Shown here: positions 48,999-57,138 of the stretch, piece by piece
Layout: every line of letters begins with the position of its first letter
How positions within the stretch are numbered: position 1 is the first letter of the stretch
Source of the DNA: Nitrososphaeria archaeon
GTDB lineage: Archaea > Thermoproteota > Nitrososphaeria > JACIWG01
Direction of reading: 5' to 3'
Assembly: GCA_026413865.1 (NCBI GenBank)
Contig: JAOAKB010000001.1
Coordinates: 2,584-66,583 of the forward strand
Length of the DNA stretch: 64,000 nt
Notes under the pieces: model-generated
What the model was told of the DNA's origin: nothing
The model's input: only the letters and a program-made list of their open reading frames with translations
Databases searched by the model: none
Program-made: the position numbers and the translations under genes

Positions 48999-49973
48999 AT
49001 GCTCATCCTTTGCATGGATATTGGTAAAACAAAGACACTGGCAATTACTTTAGACCAAAATGGAAAGATTTATGGTAAATTTACTACAGGACCATCTGGA
49101 ATGTGGTTAAAGGAGGAAATGGTAATAAAGAATGTTAAGGAAGCAATAGATGGATGCCTATCTATCTCAAATTTTAAATTAGAAGATGTTGACTTAATTT
49201 CAATAAGCTGGGCTGACCTAGATACACCAAAAGATTGGGAAAACGCTTGGAAAGTTATAGAGAAAATAGGAGTTGAAAAGAATAAGGTGCTAATTGAACA
49301 TGACGCTGTAGCCGCATATTACGCTGTAACATGGGGTGAGCCAGGAGCAGCGGTTATTGCAGGCACCGGAAGTATTGCGTTTGGAGTAAATAGTAGGGGA
49401 CAGAGTATGAGGTCAAGTGGCTGGGGTTGGCTCATTGGTGATGAAGGGAGTGCATACTGGATTGCAGTAAGAGCACTAAATGCAGTTTCAAGAGCACATG
49501 ATGGTAGAGGAAAAGAAACACTTTTATCACAAATGATTATTGAACACTTTAACGTTGAAAAGGAGCTTGATATACTACATAAAATTTACAAAGAATTAGA
49601 CGGTGACCCTACAGAAATTTCAAAGCTTGCTAAAATTGTGGATAAAGCAGCATACTTAGGAGATGAGGTTGCAAAAAGTATACTTGAGGAAGCTGGAAGG
49701 GAGTTAGCTTCTGCAATATTATGTATAGTTAAAAGACTTTATATGGAAAATGAAAGAATTGTTGTAGGCGGTTTGGGTGGAGTGTTCAAGTCAAATATTG
49801 TTAAAGAATCTTTTATGAATACAATTAGAGAAAGCATCCCAAATGCTATTGTAAGAGAACCGTTAATAGGGGATAAGGCTATACTTGGGCCAATAATTAT
49901 TGCATACAGAAGACTTGGTTTAAAAATTTCAGAAGAAAATATAAATTTAATTTTAAATAAATTGGGAGAATAA
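48999..49973 (+). CDS. BadF/BadG/BcrA/BcrD-type ATPase, N-acetylglucosamine-kinase-like sugar kinase (paralogue of 44260-45258)
   Basis: 324 aa with CMDIGKTKT, IAGTGSIAFG and SGWGWLIGDEGSAYWIAVRAL. It starts 2 nt after the double-SIS gene. Confidence 0.8.
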   Translation: MLILCMDIGKTKTLAITLDQNGKIYGKFTTGPSGMWLKEEMVIKNVKEAIDGCLSISNFKLEDVDLISISWADLDTPKDWENAWKVIEKIGVEKNKVLIEHDAVAAYYAVTWGEPGAAVIAGTGSIAFGVNSRGQSMRSSGWGWLIGDEGSAYWIAVRALNAVSRAHDGRGKETLLSQMIIEHFNVEKELDILHKIYKELDGDPTEISKLAKIVDKAAYLGDEVAKSILEEAGRELASAILCIVKRLYMENERIVVGGLGGVFKSNIVKESFMNTIRESIPNAIVREPLIGDKAILGPIIIAYRRLGLKISEENINLILNKLGE

Positions 49974-49974
49974 T

Positions 49975-50769
49975 TCAAAAGAAGACAGTACCCTTTAGGT
50001 ATCGTGTTCCTACAATTTTTAGATAGACAAATATTACTGTAAGGGATATTATTTGTAAAATTGAAGCTTCAGCGGCGACAAAACCAAGCATTCCAGCATG
50101 GGATATGTCGTCAAAAACCTTTACAGGAGCGGTGAGAATACCTGTAGGGCCTGCAAGCAAAAATGCGGTTATAAATTCATTAAATGATAGTACGAAGGTT
50201 AAAAGTATACCAGATGTTATACCTGGGCCTATTAATGGTAAAACTATGTATATGAATCTCTTTAAGCTTGTTGCACCCAAACATGCTGCAGCCTCTTCAT
50301 ATGAGATTTCCAGTCTTCTAAAGGCTACTATAGAAGACAGTAGCATCATAGGAAGAAAACCAGTAGTATATGTTACAATAAAACCTAGAATACTAAGACA
50401 CTGCTTGTATATTAGATAAAATGAGAGTATTAATGATAGTGCGTATGCTATACCTGGAACATACCATACACCAATCAGTGTAAGTAATATTGGTCGCTTA
50501 CCCTTAAACTCGTATCTTGTTAAAGCATAGGCAGCAGGTATAGCGATTATCAAATCTAAGACCACGGTTATCAGCGAAAGTTGGAGACTTAACCAAACTC
50601 TGGGCCAGAAAACACCAGCCATACTAAAATAGTTTGAAAAACCAATCTGCCCATCAGGAGTCCATAGAGAGCGCCAAAACGAGATCATAAAGGGTATAAA
50701 TATAAGGATAGAAACGAAAATTATGTAAAGATATGATACTATTGTTGAAAGATCAATGTTTTTATTCAA
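49975..50769 (-). CDS. ABC transporter permease (PotC-like)
   Basis: 264 aa with 6 TM segments and the EAA loop EEAAACLGATSLKRFIYIVLPLIGPG. It overlaps the upstream permease gene by 4 nt. Confidence 0.85.
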   Translation of the reverse strand: MNKNIDLSTIVSYLYIIFVSILIFIPFMISFWRSLWTPDGQIGFSNYFSMAGVFWPRVWLSLQLSLITVVLDLIIAIPAAYALTRYEFKGKRPILLTLIGVWYVPGIAYALSLILSFYLIYKQCLSILGFIVTYTTGFLPMMLLSSIVAFRRLEISYEEAAACLGATSLKRFIYIVLPLIGPGITSGILLTFVLSFNEFITAFLLAGPTGILTAPVKVFDDISHAGMLGFVAAEASILQIISLTVIFVYLKIVGTRYLKGTVFF

Positions 50770-51605
50770 ATCAAAACACCTCTTGACACCTTAAGTGAAA
50801 TGAATGTGAAGATTAAAGAGATTATCACTAGAGCGGATGCCAAAGCTGCTGCAAGCCCATAGTTCATCATCAGAAGACCAACCATTCTAATCTGTATTGA
50901 CAAAACTCTTTGACCTACTATAACCCCACCCATCAAGTATGGTATCGCGTATGCTCCAATATTCCATCCAAAAGCCATAAACCAGCCACTCATAAGACCA
51001 GGCAAACTTAATGGCAAGAGAATATGAATAAACCTTTTCAATCTATTTGCACCAAGACAGCTGGACGCCTCTTCAAGAACAGGATCTATTTGGCTTATGT
51101 TTATGCCCATCTGTAATACTGCAAACGGCAAAGTGTATATAGCAAGAGCCAAAGCCGCAGTAACAGGAGTATATAGTATGGCAAAAGGAGATATGCCTAT
51201 AGCTTCAAGAAAAGATGAAAATGGACCTTTTGGCAAAAAGAGCCACCAGAAACCGTAAGCGATATAAAGTTCTCCAAGCAAAGGAACCATTAAAATTGAT
51301 CTAAAAAAGTCAGATAGGAACCTTATCTTCCTCAACAGAAGATAGGCGTAAGGGTAGCCAACAATAACATCTAATGTAGCAGATAGTGCTGCCAACATTA
51401 AAGTATTCCTAAAATCTGGAATATAGTTTGTTGCAATCTTTACATAATTTTCTAAAGTAAATATTGGTTGGAAAAAATAGCTTGAACCTCGAGTAAAACT
51501 TACATAGAATAAGAGTATAAATGGTATTATAAAGAAAAGTACTGCGAAAGTTAAGGCAGGTATAATAAATATAATGGGTTTTATTTTATTAAAGTATTCA
51601 CTCAT
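50766..51605 (-). CDS. ABC transporter permease (PotB-like)
   Basis: 279 aa with 6 TM segments and the EAA loop EEASSCLGANRLKRFIHILLPLSLPG. Confidence 0.85.
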   Translation of the reverse strand: MSEYFNKIKPIIFIIPALTFAVLFFIIPFILLFYVSFTRGSSYFFQPIFTLENYVKIATNYIPDFRNTLMLAALSATLDVIVGYPYAYLLLRKIRFLSDFFRSILMVPLLGELYIAYGFWWLFLPKGPFSSFLEAIGISPFAILYTPVTAALALAIYTLPFAVLQMGINISQIDPVLEEASSCLGANRLKRFIHILLPLSLPGLMSGWFMAFGWNIGAYAIPYLMGGVIVGQRVLSIQIRMVGLLMMNYGLAAALASALVIISLIFTFISLKVSRGVLI

Positions 51606-51642
51606 AACGTTCTACCCAAAAAAATTTAGGGAGGGCCAGAAG

Positions 51643-52296
51643 CTAACCACCTATAAGCTTCTGATAATATGACACCCATTCTTCAGCATGCGAGTTAATG
51701 TATTCCCAGTCCAGAACTTTGATAGATGGGTAGATTTTCGCTTTGTATTCATCTAGTGTTGGAAAAACTTTATAGAAGCCTTCTTTGCCACCCCACCAGT
51801 CTGGTATAAACTGTTCATAGTATGGGCCAAGTGGGCCCTCGATCATACCAGCCCAAAGCTTCTTAGCTTCTATGGGATTTAGTTCTTTAAAGCCTGGAGA
51901 GTTTATGTCAGGGAACTGGAACTCTTTGCTTAATAGCCAATCAACGTATATTTGGGCCAATACAGGATGCTGAACCTTCTTAGGTATCCAGACAACACCA
52001 GGCAAATTGGGCATGAATGGTTCAAGAAGTTTTGGACCTAGCCACTTGTTTCCAGCAGCCTGCTCCATTTCATAACTACAGCACCAGTAAGATGTAATCC
52101 ATGTAACATTCTTTTCAGACAATTCTATAATTTCAGCTTCATCACTTGTATACTTTAGAACGTTAGGATGAATATTCTTAGCAACCCATTCTATAGCCTT
52201 ATTCATTTGAGCCGGATCCTTGTAGTCGTAGCCAAGTGCAGTTGCAACAGTAGCTAAGAAAGCCCAGAAACCATTAATGGAATATTTTTTCTTCAT
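51643..52296 (-). CDS. C-terminal portion of an ABC solute-binding protein, with no signal peptide or N-lobe (possible truncated gene or pseudogene)
   Basis: 217 aa that begins inside the fold (GFWAFLATVATALGYDYKD). It has the C-lobe block VVWIPKKVQHPVLAQIYVDWLLSKEFQ, typical of PotD/Fe3+-type SBPs. An in-frame stop lies immediately upstream. Confidence 0.5.
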   Translation of the reverse strand: MKKKYSINGFWAFLATVATALGYDYKDPAQMNKAIEWVAKNIHPNVLKYTSDEAEIIELSEKNVTWITSYWCCSYEMEQAAGNKWLGPKLLEPFMPNLPGVVWIPKKVQHPVLAQIYVDWLLSKEFQFPDINSPGFKELNPIEAKKLWAGMIEGPLGPYYEQFIPDWWGGKEGFYKVFPTLDEYKAKIYPSIKVLDWEYINSHAEEWVSYYQKLIGG

Positions 52297-53371
52297 TTTC
52301 TATTAGAATGTTATCAAAAAGGTTTGACAGACCTTTTATGGGTGGGAAAGCGCCAATTCCAACCAATTCTTTAATAAAATCATTTAAATAAATTGATTCT
52401 AAGAATTTTATAGAATAGTTTTTATTTTTTGAAAATTTGCAGACACCAAAGGCAAGAACATAACCAATTGAAGTTGAAGACTGAAAATCGGATGGTAAAG
52501 AAGATATTCCTAATTCGTCTCTAGTAAAGTTTTTTGAGAGAAAAGGTATTGCATAATTCCATTGTATCATGAGAGGGAACTTCTTCTTAATGAATTCAGC
52601 ATTTAAGACAGAAAATTCATAATACAATGTTTCAGGAGGAGAGATTTCTTCTTCAATCAAAAGCCGATAAATATTTAATAGACTTTCTAAGGTTTGGTTA
52701 GACAAAAGTTTTACTGTCGAATTAGTAACTAGAACGTGGCCGCCAAACGTTTCATAAAGGGATTGGAATACTAGAGCAGAATGTTTTCCTTGAAGAGAAT
52801 ATATTGCAAGACCGTATTCTGTAAAAGATTCTGGATTATGTGCCTTAGAAAGATTTTTTGCAAGAGTTAATAGTTGGTTAAATGATTTTGGAATATCAGT
52901 AATGTAGGTTCTATCATAGAAAAGAATTGGAAATGATGCATGAAATGGTATAGCGTAAACTTGTCCATTTTGATAAAATGGGTGAACTGCTTTTTCATAA
53001 AATCGTTCGTTTAACTGGTTTAAGCCTAAAGGGGTAAGATATTGAACTAATTTTTTAAAGTTAAAGTTTGATACAACAACGATATCTATACTAGAATTTT
53101 GTGATGATAAGAGAAACTGTAGTGCAGACTCCCTATCAATATCTAATATATTTACATGGAAACCCATTTTTTGGAAATATGGATTCCATTTATTAACCAA
53201 GTTTTTAAATGAGATAAAATCTGGTGCAAGATAATGTGACAAAAAGGCAACTTTGATATTCACAGGTTCCCTATGAAAATATACAAAATAGCCATAGTAT
53301 AGCATGAAAGGTGTTAATATCAAAATTATTACAATTATAACTAGTATTCTGAAAGTTTTTGAATAATGCAT
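52274..53371 (-). CDS. ABC solute-binding protein (family-1-like) with N-terminal membrane anchor
   Basis: 365 aa. An N-terminal TM segment (ILVIIVIILILTPFML) is followed by SBP-like blocks (IKVAFL, VYAIPFHASFPILFYD, GYVLAFGVCKFSKNKNYSIKFLESI). Confidence 0.7.
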   Translation of the reverse strand: MHYSKTFRILVIIVIILILTPFMLYYGYFVYFHREPVNIKVAFLSHYLAPDFISFKNLVNKWNPYFQKMGFHVNILDIDRESALQFLLSSQNSSIDIVVVSNFNFKKLVQYLTPLGLNQLNERFYEKAVHPFYQNGQVYAIPFHASFPILFYDRTYITDIPKSFNQLLTLAKNLSKAHNPESFTEYGLAIYSLQGKHSALVFQSLYETFGGHVLVTNSTVKLLSNQTLESLLNIYRLLIEEEISPPETLYYEFSVLNAEFIKKKFPLMIQWNYAIPFLSKNFTRDELGISSLPSDFQSSTSIGYVLAFGVCKFSKNKNYSIKFLESIYLNDFIKELVGIGAFPPIKGLSNLFDNILIENEEKIFH

Positions 53372-53450
53372 TAGATATTACTATTCTCTTGATGTAAATA
53401 TAAGGTTTAAAAATTAAAAGTAGCAAAACAATAGGGTTACGTGATGATAA

Positions 53451-53693
53451 ATGACGACAATTAAATTTGAAAAGATTAAGGAAAAGGTGGCCGAGTTTAA
53501 TGCTTTTGTTAAAGAAAAAAGAAATATAGAGGGACACGTTGACGGCGAAACAATAAGTTTCGATAACCTTGATAGAGATGATGCAAGACTTCTGATAAAA
53601 AAGTTTCTCCACAAGATTGGAGAAAAGGATTATAGAATTATATCAAAAATGGGAGTATTAACTGTAGTAGAAAAAAAGAAGTTTAAACCTTGA
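53451..53693 (+). CDS. hypothetical small protein
   Basis: 80-aa K/E-rich ORF with composition like the rest of the proteome, 46 nt upstream of argS on the same strand. No family recognised. Confidence 0.5.
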   Translation: MTTIKFEKIKEKVAEFNAFVKEKRNIEGHVDGETISFDNLDRDDARLLIKKFLHKIGEKDYRIISKMGVLTVVEKKKFKP

Positions 53694-53739
53694 ATGTTAG
53701 ATTTTTAAACTAGAAAAGATAGAAAAAAGGAAATGATAC

Positions 53740-55635
53740 ATGCCCTTTAAAGCCTTAAAAAAAGAAGTAAGAGAATTGATTGGGAAGGCATTAAACGAAC
53801 TAGGCTACCCTACAGTAGATTTTTTAGTCCAGGAACCACCATCACTAGAATTCGGTGAACTTTCATCTAACATTGCATTTGAAATCGCTAAAAAAATGAA
53901 AAGAAATCCTTATGAGATAGCCTCAAACATTGCTTCAAAAATAATGTCATTTGAAAAGAAGCTTATAAAGGAAGTTTTGGTAGCACAGCCAGGATACCTA
54001 AATTTTAGAGTAGACAAATGCAAATACTTTAAAACCACGATACATCATTTACTTGATAAGCCTGGTTATAGTGATATAGGCAAAGGTAAAAGAGTTATTG
54101 TCGAACATACAAGTGTTAACCCAAACAAGGCATTACACATCGGACATCTCAGGAATGTTGTAATAGGTGATGTAATATACCGTCTACTAAAATATACAAA
54201 CCATGAAGTTATAGTTTTAAACTATATTGATGATTCAGGAGCGCAGGTTGCAGATATAATTGTCGGATTTAAATTCCTTGGCTTCCCAGAAAATCCGCCA
54301 AAACCTAATATAAAATTTGACCAATACTGTGGAGATTACGTTTATGTTAAAGTAAATCAGATATATTCACAAGATCCAAGAACAGAAAACTATAGAAAAA
54401 TTGTTTTAAAGGAATTAGAAAATCCTGAGTCTGAAATATATAAGTTCGCAAGAAATATAATAGAGAAGGTTCTAATTGAACAATTAAAAACCTGCTCTGA
54501 ACTCAACGCATACTACGATTGCTTAAACTTTGAATCGCATATAATATTTTCTAATACATGGAAAAAAATTTTTGAGCAATTAAGAGAAAAAAATCTTATA
54601 TCATATGCAAGTGAAGGAAAAAATGCTGGCTGCTGGGTTTATAAAGATGAAAGTGGCCAAGAAAAGGTTATCATAAGAAGTGATGGTACAGCAACCTATA
54701 TTGCAAAAGACATACTGTATGCGGCATGGAAACTTGGGTTAGTTGAAGACTTCTTCAATTACGAAAAATTTTTTGTACAAAAAAACGGTAAAGTACTCTG
54801 GAGAACAACACTTTCTGAAGGAGAAAAAGATCATCCGACATTTAATAATGCAGAATTGGCAATAAATGTTATAGACATTAGACAAGCATGGTTACAGAGT
54901 ATAATTTCAGAAATTTTAAGAAAATTTGTTGGAAAAGAATCAGATAAAAAGTACATTCACTTAGGATATGAAGTTGTCTCTTTAAGTAGGGATACAGCTA
55001 AAGAAATAGGCGTGGAAGTTGGAGATAAAGAATTTGTCCACATGTCTGGTAGAAGTGGAATGTACATTAATGCTGACATAGTCTTAGAAAAACTGTACAA
55101 ACTCTCCTACGATGAAACAAAGAAAAGAAATCCTGAAGCGGACGAGAAATGGTTAAACGAGGTAGCTCATTCAATAGCTGTTTCAGCCCTAAGATATAGT
55201 TTAATTAGACAGGATTTAGGAAAAATTTTAGTCTTCGATTTAAAAGAAGCCCTAAAACTTGAAGGTGATACTGGACCATATCTGCAATATACATATGCAA
55301 GAGCATACAATATCATAGAAAAATATGGTAAACTTCCGAAAAAAGTTGAAACATTTGATAAATTGGTCGAAGATGAAGAATACATCCTTTTAATTGAACT
55401 ATCAAAGATTAGTGATAAGATAGAGGAGGCGACTACCAAACTACAGCCAAATAAGATCGCTGAATATGCGCACAAACTATGCCTATACTTTAACACATTT
55501 TATGAAAAACATCAAGTAATACATGAGAAGGATGAGTCAAAACGGGAGCAGAGAATATTACTTGTCTATTCTTTTACCAAAGCACTTAAAACACTTATGG
55601 AATTACTTGGAATAGAAGCACATAAAAGAATATAA
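53740..55635 (+). CDS. argS: arginyl-tRNA synthetase
   Basis: 631 aa with the class I HIGH motif (SVNPNKALHIGHLRN), an N-terminal Arg_tRNA_synt_N-like domain and a C-terminal DALR-type anticodon-binding domain (GDTGPYLQYTYAR). Confidence 0.95.
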   Translation: MPFKALKKEVRELIGKALNELGYPTVDFLVQEPPSLEFGELSSNIAFEIAKKMKRNPYEIASNIASKIMSFEKKLIKEVLVAQPGYLNFRVDKCKYFKTTIHHLLDKPGYSDIGKGKRVIVEHTSVNPNKALHIGHLRNVVIGDVIYRLLKYTNHEVIVLNYIDDSGAQVADIIVGFKFLGFPENPPKPNIKFDQYCGDYVYVKVNQIYSQDPRTENYRKIVLKELENPESEIYKFARNIIEKVLIEQLKTCSELNAYYDCLNFESHIIFSNTWKKIFEQLREKNLISYASEGKNAGCWVYKDESGQEKVIIRSDGTATYIAKDILYAAWKLGLVEDFFNYEKFFVQKNGKVLWRTTLSEGEKDHPTFNNAELAINVIDIRQAWLQSIISEILRKFVGKESDKKYIHLGYEVVSLSRDTAKEIGVEVGDKEFVHMSGRSGMYINADIVLEKLYKLSYDETKKRNPEADEKWLNEVAHSIAVSALRYSLIRQDLGKILVFDLKEALKLEGDTGPYLQYTYARAYNIIEKYGKLPKKVETFDKLVEDEEYILLIELSKISDKIEEATTKLQPNKIAEYAHKLCLYFNTFYEKHQVIHEKDESKREQRILLVYSFTKALKTLMELLGIEAHKRI

Positions 55636-55681
55636 CACACTATAAGCTTTTATATTCCTCACAATTAATGAGTAAATTGAT

Positions 55682-56581
55682 ATGAACCATTATGATATGA
55701 GTTTAGAGGAAAGCGGCTTAATTCCAAAGGACAAGATTGAAGAATTGAAAAAAGAAAATATTTACACGTGCCTTCAACTTATATTTGCACCATATGATAT
55801 TATAAAAAAATATTTTAATGAAAAAGAAGAGAGAGAAATTTTGCCAAAACTTGAGGAACTTTTTAGGGGCATATACAGGTTTAGGAAAATTGAACATGAA
55901 ATAATTGCAATTCCCACTTTAGTAAATGAATTAGATAATAGGATAGGGGGAATAAGTTCAAGTCAAATAACTGAAGTATGCAGTGAAAAAAGATATTTGA
56001 GAAGCCTATTCTCATATAATTTGATTTTAAATTTTATCCAAACTTTCGAAAACCATATAGTAATATATAATGATTCGAACCAGACTTTTAGACCAGAAAA
56101 ATTATGTGAATTATCAAAATATAGGGGGATAAAGGAAGACTCATTTCTAGATAAAATTATAGTTTTTAAACCATATACAATTAAACAGCAAATAGAAATA
56201 CTTGAAGAAATGGAAAGAGTTTTTAACAGCAATTCCAAAAAACTTTTAGTAATTGACGAGATTGGAAACTTTTTTAAACCAAATTCAAAGAAAAAGAATA
56301 TTGTATACTACAATTATCGCATGCTCGAAAATTTTATTTTGAGAATAAACCAGCTTTCAGTAAAATATAATGTTATTACCTTACTTTTAAATAATCTAAT
56401 AAAGAAAATAGAGACAAACACATATGAACCACAATACAATTTTGTTACAGAAAATATTATTGGAACCAAAATACTCTTAATAGAAGAAGATAGGCTTGTA
56501 AGGATTAAAATTATAATAGGAGATAAGATAGAGGAGTTTAGGGTAAAAATTTCAGATTACGGTATAAGTGATGCAATTTGA
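55682..56581 (+). CDS. RadA/Rad51-like protein with a degenerate Walker A (predicted non-ATPase paralogue)
   Basis: 299 aa, collinear with RadA. It has an N-terminal HhH-like region, and ELDNRIGGISSSQITEVCSEKRYLRS aligns where RadA has LD.LLGGGIET..ITE.FGEFGSGKTQ. It also has the Walker B-like LLVIDEIGNFF and a C-terminal RVKISDYGISD. There is no GK[ST] anywhere in the protein. Confidence 0.75.
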   Translation: MNHYDMSLEESGLIPKDKIEELKKENIYTCLQLIFAPYDIIKKYFNEKEEREILPKLEELFRGIYRFRKIEHEIIAIPTLVNELDNRIGGISSSQITEVCSEKRYLRSLFSYNLILNFIQTFENHIVIYNDSNQTFRPEKLCELSKYRGIKEDSFLDKIIVFKPYTIKQQIEILEEMERVFNSNSKKLLVIDEIGNFFKPNSKKKNIVYYNYRMLENFILRINQLSVKYNVITLLLNNLIKKIETNTYEPQYNFVTENIIGTKILLIEEDRLVRIKIIIGDKIEEFRVKISDYGISDAI

Positions 56582-56901
56582 TAGAAAATTTAGAAAATAT
56601 AATAGATTGTTTAGAAAAAGAAGAATGGGATGAAGCTAAAAATATTGCAAAAAATTCTATTGGAGCGACATTTGCAATAAACGCGATAAAATACTTACAA
56701 AAAAATGTGGATATGAAGAAAGAAATAGAGAAAATAAGGCTTTTAAAAGAAAATTTTTTAAAACTGGTTGAAGGCCACTGGGTACAGGAGTTTGACATCG
56801 ATTATTTTACAGTAATATTTGCATACTTTGAACGTCAAGAAAAAAGGTTACAGGAAGCCGCTTACGTGAAGAGTATAGTAAAAGATCCAGATAAAGAGTG
56901 A
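56578..56901 (+). CDS. hypothetical helical protein, translationally coupled to the RadA-like gene
   Basis: 107-aa ORF whose TTG start overlaps the RadA-like stop (TTGA). It looks helical and acidic or mixed-charge. No family recognised. Confidence 0.5.
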   Translation: MIENLENIIDCLEKEEWDEAKNIAKNSIGATFAINAIKYLQKNVDMKKEIEKIRLLKENFLKLVEGHWVQEFDIDYFTVIFAYFERQEKRLQEAAYVKSIVKDPDKE

Positions 56902-57132
56902 TAGCATTATATAGGTTCCCATTCCTGTTGTAAAGAGTGATGAATTACTTACATTTTTTTCAGAAAATATATAATATTTTCCTATGAAATAAGATAACAA
57001 GTAGAACAATATGATGGTAAGTACACCAAATAATGCAGATTCATTACTAAAATTCATTATTCCAGAAAATAGGCCTGCAAATATTGCAAAAACAACCCTT
57101 AACCAAAAGAGTTTATTTGCGGCTGTCAACAT
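56848..57132 (-). CDS. hypothetical small membrane protein (about 3 TM)
   Basis: 94-aa hydrophobic ORF whose 3' end overlaps the convergent 107-aa ORF by 54 nt. No family assigned. Confidence 0.5.
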   Translation of the reverse strand: MLTAANKLFWLRVVFAIFAGLFSGIMNFSNESALFGVLTIILFYLLSYFIGKYYIFSEKNVSNSSLFTTGMGTYIMLSLFIWIFYYTLHVSGFL

Positions 57133-57138
57133 ATCTGG

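Noticed and set aside
53271-53614. Minus-strand ORFs of 113 and 66 aa upstream of the binding-protein gene.
   Set aside because: They overlap each other, the SBP gene 5' end and the plus-strand 80-aa ORF. Their composition is atypical (F/C/N/I-rich), consistent with AT-rich promoter DNA read in frame.
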